Part shown: positions 14,836 through 30,463 of the stretch, one piece after another | Layout: every line of letters begins with the position of its first letter | Position numbering within the stretch: position 1 is the stretch's first letter | Assembly (NCBI GenBank): GCA_964016885.1 | Contig: OZ024741.1 | Span: 10,664,001-10,728,000 of the forward strand | DNA length: 64,000 nucleotides | Reading direction: 5' to 3' | From: Eledone cirrhosa | Lineage: Eukaryota | Notes under the pieces: model-generated | Database searches by the model: none | Told to the model about the DNA's origin: nothing | What the model saw: the letters and a program-made list of their open reading frames with translations, nothing else | Made by a program: the position numbers and the translations under genes

Positions 14836-17790
14836 TACATACACACATACATACACACATATATACACACACACACACACTTATATATGCATATAATTAT
14901 TGGGGGAGGGGGATTAAATTTATTAGTGGGAAATAGTAAATATATATAGATTTCAAGGAACATAGAGTCATAACCTGAAATTAAAGCATTATATATGTTT
15001 ACTTACTCGTATCAGTTTTAGGAAATGATATTTGTAAGAAGGAAAGCCAAATTATGTAGTTCATCAGTAGTAGAATATTAATTATAGGTTAACTAAATTA
15101 AAAATAGTTTATATATTAATTTCTAAAGTGTATATTAATTAGGTTTATAATATTTAAAGCAGAATTATGTAATTCATCAGTAGTAGAATATTAATTATAG
15201 GTTAACTAAATTAAAAATAATTTATATATTAATTTCTAAAGTGTATATTAATTAGGTTTATAATATTTAAAAGTTTTTCTCAGTTTATCATTACACGATA
15301 TTATTAATTCCTGTCGCTTATTTAATAGGATATCCTTAGATTTCATTATTTCGAAAAGTTCTTGGGAACATAATCTACATTCATTTCTACTATTTTGATA
15401 AGGGGTGGCCCTTTTGAGCACACTCCTGGTCAGGTCATATTCTATATTCCTCTTTCTATAACTATTAATTATTTCAGCTAGAGATGTTGTATTAGCTAGT
15501 GCGGCATTTTTAAAAGTATGTTTGTGGGTATTAAATCTTACCTTAAAATTGTTAGAGGTAGCTCCTATATATGAATAAATAGAGTCCTTAGTGTTAACTT
15601 TACATTTATATATTATGTTATTAACAAGGCAATTTCCTTTTAATGGACAGTTTGCCTTGTTTCTACAGTTACAACTTTTCGTGAATCCTGTATCTGAGGA
15701 GATATTATGGTTAGTTTGATGTACTGGTGGTATACTCATGGTTTTTTTACATTTATATGCATTATAGGCACTTATATTTTGTTTTATGTTTTTGGTTGTT
15801 GAGTAGGAGAATTTAACCGTTGATCTATTTAAGATTTGATGGTATTTGTGGTTTGGCGGGAGGTTTTTCTCTAGGATATTAAATAATTTTTTAGGTATAT
15901 TATCCTTAATTAAATTTGTAAATTTGTAAATTTGTAAATTAAATGGAGCATTATACCAAGTAACTCGTCTATTACGGTTTCTATGTTGTTTATTGTTTTT
16001 ATAGGATGCATCCTGATGTTTATTAAGAGAATTATTGTTAATGACCTCTCCACACACATTTTTAGTTAGATTTATTGATTTAGGTGTTTTAGCTTGTTTA
16101 TTAGGAGTTTTATTATTATCATTTATTAGAGTTGTAGGATGAGTAGTTTTTTGAGAGCTACTATACTGTATATTAGAAGAGTTAGAGAAATTTGGTTTTA
16201 TGTTGGTGTTTTGGGGTATAGTGTGAGTGGCATTTAGGTGTGTATGTTTCATTTGGTGTTTGTTGGTAATATTAGGTTGTATGTTTGTAGTGTTATTGGT
16301 AGAAGGTATATATACTAATCTATTTTTGTGACCACTTCTAGCTAGAGCTTCGTTATAAAAGGTCGCATTTTTATCAAATACATCTTGGTTAGACGAAAGG
16401 TTAGAAATTCTAAGTGATTTATTATATGCAAGGGTTTTAAGGATAGATTTAGGGTGATTAGATTGTGAGTGTATGTAGTGTAAATTTTGGTTGGGTTTAT
16501 GGTAAGGTTGGTAGATACCCGTAGATAAGTCTAATGTTATATCTAGGAAATTAACTACTTTACTTGTGTTTTCAAATGTAATATCTAGACTATAATATTC
16601 TTTAAGGAAAGTTCTAATAAGCTTTTTATTTTTTTCTATCTCTGAGAGGCTAAGGTTATTGGAAAGAAGAAGACAGTCGTCACGATATAAACCACCTTTA
16701 AGGTGGGGAAAGGAAGCATTTATGTTAAAAAGAAGAAAGAGGCCCACAAGATCAGTAATTTGGGCAGAATCGCTTGAGCCCATAGTAATATCGAATAGAT
16801 TACTATATGTGTTTCTGGTCCAGTATTCATTCTGAAATTCCAGTAGTGTTAGTCTAGCATGTGTAATAATATTAATGTCATCCAAAGTTAAGTTAGATCT
16901 ATTTTTAGCAAATATCAAGGCTTTGTTCAGGAGTATAGGTGATATAGAAGAAGAAGAATTATCTATATCAAATTGTAGAAATGAAGCAGAGGATTTATTT
17001 CTAATATTATTAAACCAGTTAATTACCTGTGGATTTGTTTTCCCAGAGTGGTAAATTAATATGTTTTCTTAGTTGTGGGATGACTCTATCTAAACATTTT
17101 TTACTAATTATTCCAATATCAGATTTGGAAGGGCATATAAGCCTTATAGAAGGATTAGAGTTAAAGTTAGATTTATGATCTTTCAGGTTGAAGTGTGGTC
17201 TTTTCAATGCCAAAGGTTCAGTTCTATCTTCAATATTAAGTCTATTCACTATGCTGTGTGTTTTGTTGTTGATGTTGGTAAGTGACGCATTATTTGTTTT
17301 TCTATAATTTTTCCTGAGTTCTTTATATATGAACTCATTGTAATTTTCAATATCCATGTGATATAGAGTTCCAGTTTTGTCCGAGTGGACATGGATTTTT
17401 TTAGAATTTTTTAGGTCCAATAGAGTAGAATCAAGGTCCTTTTGAAAATTAGATTTATACCTCTTAAATTTGAGGTGTTTGATTAAATTAAAAAGGTCTT
17501 TCTCAAAGTTTTCAAGTAAGGAGTTGTGTGGTGGAATTTTATATGTAGTGAAATCATACAGATATTTCCTATCAGTACATTTTGATTTTTTATCGAAGTG
17601 GTAGGCCCCCCATCTGATTCTTCTGATAAATTGGTTGGTTTTTTGTATCATAAGATGTAAGAAATCATCCTTAGAAGGTAATGGTATATTCTTTAAAGAA
17701 GTTCCCAAGTATTGTTTTTCCATTGTGATATGGATAATGGACAAGAAAAATAGCTCAACTATCTGTATATGGAGTTATAAAGTTATACAC
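13925..17790 (-). mobile_element. Hydra-like PLE (family B), near full-length ORF plus 3' UTR
   Basis: RT and C-terminal GIY-YIG; 3' UTR carries a (TG/TA)n tract at 14580-14885 and a ~114-bp duplication at 15052-15272. Confidence 0.85.
15248..17744 (-). pseudogene. PLE RT plus GIY-YIG endonuclease, one frameshift near 17025
   Basis: SDKTG, IRLICPSKS, MGSSDSAQITDLVG, LYRDD, FLDITLDL, HSQSNHP, CNCRNKANC (CxCx5C), IIYKC, YIGATS..FKVRFNTH, CRLC. Confidence 0.88.
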
Positions 17791-18028
17791 ATATATGTAT
17801 ATATATATAAATTTACATACACATACAATACAAAAATAAGAATATCCCCGTTTCTTTGTTTATTCATTATTTTTTTAATAATTTATCTTGACTCTGTTTT
17901 CCGTTTATTTTTCACCGAAAGTAGTTTTTGAATGCATCTTCTCTTTTCATGATATCCAGATTACATTGAGTTCTTCATACGGATTGGACACTACCGTAAA
18001 CTTTTGGTAGATTTATCTACATCTGAAT

Positions 18029-18348
<320 letters not shown>

Positions 18349-18838
18349 TTCGTTTCTGAATTGCGGCTTTGGTACGGTTGATGAGAAACGTGTCCCGCAT
18401 GTGCAACTCCGAAGAACTAGAGAGACACATACAACACTTCATCCACCGTATGCAGTTCTCTGGCTACAATCAGAGAGATAAAATCAGAGTGTATAGAGGA
18501 GCCAGAACCAAATGGGAAAAAATGGTAAATAATGACATAAATGGGACCTGCCCCTTGTATAGGAGCAAATTTTGGAATAGAATGGAAAGAACTAGGAACA
18601 AGGCTAATAGAATAAACTCATGGTATGATAGCAATAAATACCAGAGTGTAATGTTCATCGATACAACCCCTAGAGGTGAATTAGCTTACAAATTTAGAAG
18701 GGCCCTAAATAAACATAAACTCAATATTAAGATAGTAGAAAGAGCAGGTACCTCCGTAAAAACACTCATTAGCAAGACATACCCTTTTCAAAGACCCTCA
18801 TGTATAGATAAGAAATGTATAACCTGTAAAATAAGCTC

Positions 18839-20981
18839 ATGCAGCGCTCGCGTAATGGAGAGATAGCATGCTTTCCAACAGACAAGTCTGGCAGAATGTC
18901 GGTTGACAGCCTGCCAAACTACATCCAGGCAATGCAACCCCACATCACTAACACAAGAGAGGTAACACCACAGGATAATGAGGATAGAGAAAAAGCCCTC
19001 AATGCCCATATGGTGATGTGGACGAATATAATGCAGCCCAACAAAAGGACTGCCAACAACTTCCAGGCCTGGAACAATGACGTGCCGGCATTGTATGGGC
19101 TTCGAAAAGACCATAAAACGGGCTGTGACCCTGTCGCGGGACCACCAACACGGCCGGTCTGTGGAGCTAACATTGCTAGTAACTACAGACTGTCCTACTT
19201 GCTCTCCCTGACCATACGCCCCATCATTGAAATGTCCCCAGATGTATATGACAGCACGGAGGACCTCCTCAGCAGAATCGGCGTGAGTAACCGATCTGGG
19301 GACCTAACAAACTGCATAATAGGTAGTATTGATGTTGTGTCCCTGTATCCATCTATTGACGTGGATTTTGCTGTGGAGAAATGCGTAGAAATGATCAGTG
19401 AGAGCAAGGTTGAGTTCCGTGGGATTGATACCAGTGAGCTGGGACTTCTACTTAAGCTTACCTATAGTAATAGTTACCTAGACACATATGACCTTAGCAA
19501 CCTGTGCCCTACAAGACCAGCAAGAGGCAGACCACCTACCATTACCTCAATGGCCAAGAAAACCCACACAGATAGATGGAACGGGTGGACCAGAGCCATA
19601 CGGACACCCGAAAACCACGATGAACTGAAGAAAATGATTGCACATGCGGTAGGGGCCAGCATAAAACTAACCCTTAAGTAACATATGTTCAAATTTTATT
19701 GGAAAAACATATGCCGAAGAGGAAGGAGCAGCCATTGGTGTTAGCATTGCAGGCGACATAGCTAACATATTCATGGTATGGTGGGACAGTAGACTTAAAC
19801 TTAAACTTAAAGACCAATTAGAAGACAGCTTAACCCTGATAATGTACTCCCGCTACGTAGATGATATAAACATCGTAGTTAAGACACCCCCACTAGAGAA
19901 CAGTCAGGAACTAGAGAAAAACACAATGGAAAGCATCCAGCAAATAGCAAACTCCATCCACCAGAGCATTAGAGATACTATAGACTACCCAAGTAGACAC
20001 CCCAACCATCGATTACCTGTACTAGACATAGAGCTCTGGTTAGATACCATTAACAACCAAAAACAAATTCTCCATTCCCATTATGCCAAACCCATGACTT
20101 CCAAACATCTGATCCACCGAAACTCGGCCATTTCGGACCATACCAAAATCAACATACTGATTGCGGATTTGGTACAGGTGATGAGAAATGTGTCCCGCAT
20201 GTGCAACCCCGAAGAACTAGAGAGACACATACAACACTTCATCCACCGTATGCAGTTCTCTGGCTACAATCAGAGAGATAGAATCAGAGTGTATAGAGGA
20301 GCCAGAACCAAATGGGAAAAAATGGTAAATAATGACATAAATGGGACCTGCCCCTTGTATAGGAGCAAATTTTGGAATAGAATAGAAAGAACTAGGAACA
20401 AGGCTAATAGAATAAACTCATGGTATGATAGCAATAAATACCAGAGTGTAATGTTCATCGATACAACCCCTAGAGGCGAACTAGCCTACAAATTTAGAAG
20501 GGCCCTACATAAACATAAACTCAATATTAAGATAGTAGAAAGACCAGGTACCTCCGTAAAAACACTTATTAGCAAGACATACACTTTTCAAAGACCCTCA
20601 TGTATAGATAAGAAATGTATAACCTGTAAAATAAGCCCCCATATTAACTGTAAAACTAGAAATGTAGTGTATAGCATAAGATGTACTGAAGGACAATGTA
20701 GAAACAAAAATATAGTGTACATAGGTGAGACAGCTCGTAGTATAGGGGAACGGATAAATGAACACTGGCGAGACCTTCAAGATAATAAAGAATCATCTGT
20801 ACTCTACCAACATGCTAAGATAGAACACAAGGGTAAATTAGAGAACTTAGAAATAAAAATAGAATCTACACACAGAAAAGATGCAATGTTTAGACAAATT
20901 ACAGAGGCAATAAACATAAAAGAATTACAACCAAAATGAAATAGAAAATATGAGTGGAACAGCAACATCACAACTTACAAT
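18839..20981 (+). pseudogene. PLE RT plus GIY-YIG endonuclease, disrupted
   Basis: ORFs 18839-19681 and 19773-20939 separated by a stop/frameshift; premature TGA at 20937 relative to the 13378 copy. Confidence 0.88.
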
Positions 20982-21195
20982 TAAGGACAAAATGAAAATA
21001 CACACACACATAGAACAAACAACCAACCAATAACATGTAAATAAATAAATAAATAAACAAATAGATAAATGAACATAAACACACACAGACACCCGGATGT
21101 GGCGCATGCGCAAACTGAGCACACAACACACACACAGAAACAAAATGGCGTAGGACAGAGAAAGGAGAGGCACAGAAACAAAGAAAGGAATCCCC

Positions 21196-21240
21196 AGTCA
21201 CTGAAGAGGTCACAGAGTGTGTGACGAAAGGACTATGACT
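21196..21240 (+). ncRNA. Minimal type I hammerhead ribozyme (N1)
   Basis: Identical to the motif at 13121-13165. Confidence 0.8.
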
Positions 21241-21456
21241 ATATATAAACAACTATCTGGTTGTGGAACCAACCAACCAACCAGAAATTTATAAATTTAT
21301 AAATTTGTAAATTTATAAATATATAATAAATTGAAGTGAAATCAACTGGTGCATGTGTTTCTTATTGGCAACATGACCCTCACAAAGTATAACAATATCG
21401 GTTTCAACACACGATTTCAGATAAAGAATCTTGCTAAACAAATTCAGAAACGAAAT

Positions 21457-21857
<401 letters not shown>

Positions 21858-23660
21858 CATGGAGGAGGTTATAGTTCACTTGAAGCATTGTGTAATGAGG
21901 TATAAACGTTTGAATATGTGTAATAAAGCCAAAACAATGCAGATATAGACATAGAAAAAAGAATGCAATTGTAAAAGATGTTGTTGACAATTCGTCCTTT
22001 ACCTTGAATTTATTAAAATGTCCTTAATTTTCGAGATAATATCTCTTCTTCGGAGGGAAATAAATGTCTCAAACCACCGCTTAAATATCTAGCCAAGCCA
22101 TGCTGACAGGAAATAGTATAGAGTATCTGTTCTATCTCTAATATCAAAGAATTAAAATTAGGTGGATAAAGAGTAGTCTCCCTTTAAAAGGGGTTTGTTT
22201 AGGGTTTTTTTGTTTTTATTTTATATACATGCCTGTATAAGTGTGTGGGAGAATGCATGAGGGTGTAGGTATGTGGGTGTGGGTGTGTGAGTGTGGGAAG
22301 ATGGGTCTATTCGTAAATGTGGGGGATAGGTGTTATCTGGTGTTAGAACTGGTTTTGTGTGTGTATGTGTGAGAGAGAATAAGTGGAGGTGTAAGCGTGT
22401 GTGTGTGTGTGTGGGGGGTGTAAATAAGGGGCTAGAGGCCCTATCAGGTTATAAATTGGGTGTTGAGTTCTAGTCTATTATTGATTGGTGGTTGTGTTTT
22501 ATCTATAATTAGTGCTTCCTTAATTCTAAGATTGCCGAGGTTTCTTTCCTTAGTTTCTATCCTAACTGTTATGGATTTATCGGTGTTTTTGCATTTAACT
22601 AGGTGTTTCTTAAATGAGGAAGCGTTAGTATTGAGGTGTTCTTTTATTCTTATGCGGAGTGGTCTGGTGGTGCTACCTACGTAGAAGTTGTTGCATTTGT
22701 CACACTCTAGTCTGTATACTACGTAAGCCTGGTGGCATAGGTCTGTGTCGTTGATGGGGCAGTTGGCTAGTCTGCAGTAGTTGTCATGTCTGGTGGGGTG
22801 TCTCTTGGCCAGCCGTCCGCGCAGAGAAGGACCCGAGTGGGCCAGTTGGATATCCAGACCCTCTCGACTGATGGCTCTGCGGATGGCTGTTGTTGTTTCT
22901 TCACTGAAGTGTGGGAGCTTCAGGAAGCAAGTGTTAGTGCCTCGGGTGTGGTGTCCTCTGTTCTTTCTGGCACGGTTTGTGGTGGATGTCGTGTATCCGT
23001 TCAGTTTGAGTACTTCCAGGAAATGTGTGGTGTGTGTGTCTCGGTCTCTAGCGTCGGTGCATTTGTTCTTGATACGTGCCAGTTCGTTCCTTATGTATCC
23101 GAACTTGGCACCGAGTGGGAGGGCCGATCTGAAATGTACGAACAGGTCCCTGCTGGCGGATTTTTTATAGAAGCAGGTGTGGATGTTGCCTTCCTCTGTT
23201 ACCCTGAGTTGGAAGTCCAGTAGGGATAGGGATCCGCGGTCATCGGGGTGTTCCATGCTGAACTTTAAACTTGCGTCCATGCTGGAGAATGTTGTGTATA
23301 TTTTCTCTGCCTCCTCACGGGATGATGTAAGGATGAGTATGTCATCTGAAATATCGGGTGAAGAAGGCATGGGAATGGCAGGTGTTGAGGGCTCGGCATT
23401 CTAGCTGGTTCATGTAGGTGATGGCCAGCAGGCCCGATAGGCTGGATCCCATGGGTAATCCTGTTGTCTGTCTGTATGTGTGGTGGTGGAAGGTGAAGTA
23501 CGTGTTGTCTACTGTGAAAGACAAAAGCTGGTGTATGTCCGTCGGGTGGAGGCCGTAGCAGGGGATGTCCTCTGCGACCACGCAGTCCGTCAATAAATCG
23601 ACAGCTGGATGAGCGGGGAGTGTAGAGGGAGACAACGTCCAGGCTAAAAGCGTATTTATT
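21858..23660 (-). mobile_element. 5'-truncated Poseidon/Penelope-like PLE; ORF remnant 22444-23650
   Basis: LDVVSLYT, GLPMGSSLS, frameshifted RY/DDI, LSLLDF, VVYRLECDKC, FYVGSTTRPLRIRIKEH, KEALII. Clade tentative. Confidence 0.85.
22021..22058 (-). ncRNA. Degenerate hammerhead (U4 to C) in PLE 3' region
   Basis: CCT-CCGAAGA-a-GAGAT/ATCTC-GAAA-AT-TA^-AGG. Confidence 0.45.
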
Positions 23661-24310
<650 letters not shown>

Positions 24311-24424
24311 ATAATGCCTGACCGATTTAACTCACTCAATATGCAAATTAGGCTGCTCAGCCGTTAATTTTCATAAGGAAAGTATATACATTCGAACGTT
24401 CAACTATCTGGCAGATGGGTAAAG

Positions 24425-24463
24425 GGTGCTGATGATAGTTAACAAGCTTGAAACTAGTACATC
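24425..24463 (+). ncRNA. Minimal hammerhead within a ~290-bp non-coding insert (24311-24598)
   Basis: GGTG-CTGATGA-tAGTT..AGCTt-GAAA-CTAG-TA^-CATC. Confidence 0.6.
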
Positions 24464-24630
24464 GTTCCTGTGTCAGTGTTGAACAAAAAGGTGACGTGGT
24501 TGCCTTAACACCGTATGGCATAAATTCAGGCTGTTCAGTTTGTTGACAAACGAACAAAGCGGCGTTATAATAAGCGTCCGCTAAACTGATGCGTGCATAT
24601 ATGTATGTGTACCTGTATGTATATATATAT

Positions 24631-24717
<87 letters not shown>

Positions 24718-24789
24718 TGCTACTGTACGTCTGTATACATATATGTATGTACGTATACATACATACTTACATTTATATATTTATATATA

Positions 24790-25075
24790 TATTTATTAAA
24801 ATAACAGATTAAAGTTTAAGCAAAGAATCGCTGCTTCCTGTCTTCCTCTGGTTGCAACGTTTTTTGAAATATCCAGTTCTGCGTTTACAGATTGACTTTG
24901 TTAGTTTCAGAAGATCCCGTTAAGGGTGAAAGCAGCGATTCTTTGCTTAAACTTTAATCTGTTATTTTAATAAATATTTGCTCTACGGTTTTTATATATT
25001 TGATATATATTTTCCTTATCGAGCCCTCTTTGGATTTTAGTCTTCAATTTTATTATTATTACTATATATTTATAG
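24790..25075 (+). mobile_element. Small PLE-type insertion with inverted 5' arm and degenerate hammerhead (24903-24953)
   Basis: 24790-24836 is inverted relative to 24930-24978. AGTTT-CAGAAGA-tCCC/GGGt-GAAA-GCAG/TTGC-TT^-AAACT. Confidence 0.5.
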
Positions 25076-25687
<612 letters not shown>

Positions 25688-28600
25688 TGGTCAAAGATGG
25701 AACTAGCGGTTTTGATCAAGGGGTGGACCATGGCTGATGGGACTCCACCAAGAAAAAAGATGGCGGAGAACCTGAAGAGCCATGGGTTTCTGAGGACCCT
25801 AGCACAGATAGAGAGAAAGAGAAAAGAACTTGAGAAGGCGTATGTCCTCATAGGGCCACATATGGCGTTGCTAAGCCGTGTCCTCAGGGAGGAGAAAACC
25901 GAAGGGAGGGATGAGGAGAAGGAGAGGGAAAAGGAAGAGGAAAAGGAAAAGGAGGAGAGCACAAGCACGGACCTGAAAGAAAATGATATACCCTCCGCCA
26001 CAGGCAGGGAGGGCAGCCGGGCAACCAAAAAGCTAAGGGCAAAGGTGAAAAGCGAAATCATCTTCCGAAGGAGAACCAAGCGCAGAGGGACCAGTGGACA
26101 ACTGTTCAAAGGAAGAACAGAAAGCACCGAGACACTGGGAGCAAAAAACCCCAAGTAATGTGCAAGTTTTTCAAGAACGGGACATGCTGGCATGGAGAGA
26201 CAGGGATGGGATGCAGATTCGCCCACCCTAGGTCTTAAACGAACTATGCCCATCATACTCGCGCAACATGCCCCAGCCAAAGCCGAAATAAGCCGCTCAG
26301 AAGTATGCTGATGTCGCGCGTGCCGCACCAACAAGGAGAAGGCACGCACATTCCGACGAGATACAGAAGGCAGCAGCAGATCAGAACAATTTTTCAGTGA
26401 TGGCAGAGAAAATCGTGGGACAGCTGACCTGGTTGCATCGTCTCCAGAGCCAGGGTCATCCACACCAGCACTCGAGACCACCACAGTTAAGGGACCCAGA
26501 GTGGCCGCCGCTGACACCAGACCAGGTGTCATACCGACAGCCATTACTGGCACCCAAAAGTCACACCAGTGCTGCTGCTGAATGTCAGAGGCCTGGTGAA
26601 ACTCAGCAACGTGAGTAAAATTTCCTACCTGGGAGACTTAGCCATAAGCAATCAAGCACTATGCATGGCACTAACCGAAACGCACCTGACAAGCAGTATA
26701 GCAGATGCAGAAATACATATAACGAAATATACTGTATTTCGTTCGGAAAGGAAGGAGAGAACTCATGGTGGGGTTGCTCTGTATATCCGTGAAGATGTCA
26801 CACCAATTGTACTGTTGACACATTCAAACTCAGTCTGTGACACACTGATAATACATATGAAGCAACTACAGACAGTAATATGTGTCACATATCGGCCGCC
26901 CGATGCCCCCAGTCATGAGGGTAAATTTGAGGATAGCCTAAGTAGGATAGAAGAGGTCCTTGACAAACTGGACCAGGGTCTCAACATCCTACTGCTGGGA
27001 GACTTCAACCTACCAAAGGTCAAATGGCCTGAGGGCCACCTCCTCCCTGGAATGACGTCAATAGAACAGAGACAGACGGAATCCCTGCTGGCCCTCACAC
27101 ACAGGCTGTTCATGGAGCAAGCAATACTCCTCCCAACAAGAGGCGAAAATGTCCTGGACCTCTGTTTTACAAACAACGAAGTGCTCATCCACAATGTAAA
27201 GGTGACACCAACAATTCTCTCGGATCATAACTTAGTAGAGCTAATGATATGTGGTCCAAGAGAACCAACAGAGACAAAACCACCAAGAAGCTCCGGGACG
27301 CTATCCAACCTTAACTTCTACAAGGCTAACTGGAAAAAGATTAAGAGTGAAATCCGGAAGCAAACATGGAGTGAAAACACCGCCACACAAGACACTAACA
27401 CACAATTTCAACACTTCATGACAACGATACACCCCATATGCAAAAAGTGTGTCCCGGAGAAAGAGGCAAACAGACACAAAAATCTTATTCCCAGAGATAG
27501 GAATATCCTTATGAGACGTAGAACTAAACTCTCAAACCAGTTGAATAGTTAACAAAACAAAAACAAGAAGGAATCCTATTTGAAACGCGCACTACTTGAC
27601 ACCTAGATTGCACTCAAACTTTCACATGAGAATGAGAGGGCAAAGAAAAAGAACAGGGCCATAGAAAACATTAAAACAAACCCTAAGACCTTCTTTAAAT
27701 TTGCAAAAGAAACTGCCTCAGTACACTGCAAGATTGGGCCACTCTTCCACACGGACGGTTCATTAACCGAAAATCCCCAAGAGATATGTGAAATACTGAA
27801 CGAACAGTACAAACGTGTCTTCACATGTCCACTGAGGCACATGCAAATAACGAAGCCAGAGGAGTTCTTTGATGCCACAACACTACATCAAGAAATGGCA
27901 ACCATCAACCACATAGACATAACGGAGGAGGATGTGGTGTACGCCATTGATGAAATTAGAACAGACTCGGCTGCTGGACCTGATGGATTCCCAGCAGTTC
28001 TCCTAAAAATATGTAAGCGGGCCTTAGCAACTCCACTGAAGATGCTCTTCAGAAGCTCCTTGGCTAGCGGTGTACTACCCAGGGAGCTGAAAGAAGGCAC
28101 AATACCTCAATAAAGGAGGTAGCAGAGCGGAGGCCAAGAACTATAGGCCAGTCTCCCTGACGTCGCATATCAGTAAGGTCATGGAGCGAGTCGTCAGAAA
28201 GAAACTAATCACTTTCCTCGAAGAAAATGACCGCCTGACTAGCACGCAACATGGCTTCCGCCCAGGAAGGAGCTGCCTTACACAGCTGCTACATCACTAC
28301 GACTGGGTACTGAGACAACTACTAGACAGCTCACATGTGGACGTGATATATCTTGACTTTGCGAAGGCCTTTGACAAGGTCGACCACGGAATGATATGTC
28401 ACAAACTACACGGACTTGGCATAACTGGAAAAGTAGGTGAGTGGCTGCATGGCTTCCTAAGGGACAGAAGCCAGGCAGTCGCAGCAAATGGGGCCCTCTT
28501 GAGGGAGACACCGATAACAAGTGGGGTGCCCAGGGGACAGTCCTGGGACCACTACTGTTTTTGGTGGCTCTCTCGGACATGCCCTCTGTGGTGCATGCAA

Positions 28601-29596
28601 CAACATCCCTCACTAGCTATGCTGATGACACTAAGGCAGCACAGGCAATCAAAAACCCGGCTGACGCTGCTCTTTTACAGCAGGATCTGGATGCCATATA
28701 CAGATGGGCGGAAGAAAACAACATGCAGTTTAATGCTGGCAAATTCCAAGCCCTACAATACAAACCTGCAAACACAAATATAGTGGAACACAGCTACACA
28801 GGACCAGGAGGGACCGATATCCCCGTGTCAAAATCGATACGAGACCTGGGCATAGACATGAGCGATGATGCATCTTTTTCTTCACACATCATGAAAGTGG
28901 CGACAACATGCAGACAACTCGCTGGCTGGATCTTGAGGACTTTCCGGACAAGAGATCGAGACACCATGTTGACACTGTGGAGGACTTTTGTCCTAGGCCG
29001 CCTGGACTACTGCTCCCAGTTGTGGTCACCCCATAGTGTCAAACTAACCACGGAGTTTGAGGCAATCCAGCGAAACTACACCAAGAGGATTGCCAAGATG
29101 AGGGAGACAAGCTACTGGGAGAGGCTAAAGGAACTGAACCTCTACTCCTTGGAGCGAAGACGGGAGAGATACGCAGTGATCTACATGTGGAAAATCCTGG
29201 AGGGACTAGCGCCAAACTTTGGCATTGGGAGCTGGAACAACCGTCGAAAAGGACGTCACTGTGTGGTGCCAAAGGTCCCGTCTTCCACATCTAGAATAAG
29301 GAGCAGGTATTGCAATAGCCTGGGATTCAAGGGCCCTCAACTCTTCAACAGGCTGCCGAGGCATCTAAGAGATTTGCATGACGTGGAGGTGGATGTCTTT
29401 AAGAAACATCTCGACACCTTGTTATCCAGGATCCCGGATGAGCCCACAGCAAGACACGAGGGAAACCTAAGGCCAGCAGCAACAAACTCCCTCCTGCACC
29501 AGTGGACAACCTATACAGGCTGGAGATAAAATGTGTAGCAACAAGGGCGGTGCCCCAGCATGGCCTCAGCCGGATGGCTGAAACAGGTAAAAGAGT
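25688..29596 (+). mobile_element. CR1-group LINE B, decayed, flanked by (TA)n
   Basis: ORF1 remnant with CCCH finger ([22 protein letters not shown], ~26161-26226) and ORF2 APE plus RT. Confidence 0.9.
26569..29529 (+). pseudogene. LINE B ORF2 (APE plus RT), with several stops and frameshifts
   Basis: LTETHL, TYRPP, LGDFN, SDHN, QHGFRPGRSC, LDFAKAFDKVDH, YADD, LDYCSQLWSP, LYSLERRRERY. Stops at 27550 and 27604; frameshifts near 28110 and 28530. Confidence 0.9.
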
Positions 29597-29603
29597 ATAT
29601 ATT

Positions 29604-29634
<31 letters not shown>

Positions 29635-29792
29635 TTATATTTATATATATGAAAAGTGTAATTTTCTACACAAAACGAAGGTTATAGAGAAAATTGAGGT
29701 TGGCAATGGCACATGGAATATATAAGAGACAGAATACTTTTTTGTGAAAAAACATATAATTTTATAAGGTAAGGAAATAATAAAGGGTATAA

Positions 29793-29840
29793 AAAATGAC
29801 CGGTTTCGATGGGTCTGCAAAAGCCATCTTTTCAAATGTT
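29793..29840 (-). ncRNA. Hammerhead with U3-A8 core variant
   Basis: TTGAAAA-GATGG/CCATC-GAAA-CCGG-TC^; stem I weak. Confidence 0.6.
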
Positions 29841-30208
29841 GATTAATATTAAGAAAAATTAATAATACGAAGAGTTAAAATTTGACATTTGAAAATTCAA
29901 GTATAAAATTCATTGTGGGATTTCATAGTAGTTTTCATCTAGGTAGCAACAACAAGTTGACTGCTGTGTCCCTTTCTGGTAGTGAATGAGAAGTTATTTG
30001 GGGTGTGGGTTATTTTATAAAGGTCACATTTAGCAATGGCCAACTGGCCAGCTGCTGGTCAGTGAGGGGGTGGAAGCAATATACATACATATATCTTCCT
30101 GTGGTGGGTAGGAGAGTGGAGCGTGATAGAAAGGGATTTAGTGCACTTACACCTATATATACACACATACCTTCATCCACACATACATACATATACATAT
30201 ACATCCAC

Positions 30209-30251
<43 letters not shown>

Positions 30252-30398
30252 CACACATACATACACACACACATACATATACATACACACATACACACAC
30301 ACACACACACATATATATACACATACACAAACACATATATATATATACACACACACACATATATATACATACACATACATCCAGATACACACATACAT

Positions 30399-30429
<31 letters not shown>

Positions 30430-30432
30430 CAC

Positions 30433-30463
<31 letters not shown>

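Noticed and set aside
15052-15272. Duplicated minus-strand CTGATGA motifs
   Set aside because: No matching stem II, GAAA or NUH; a simple ~114-bp duplication
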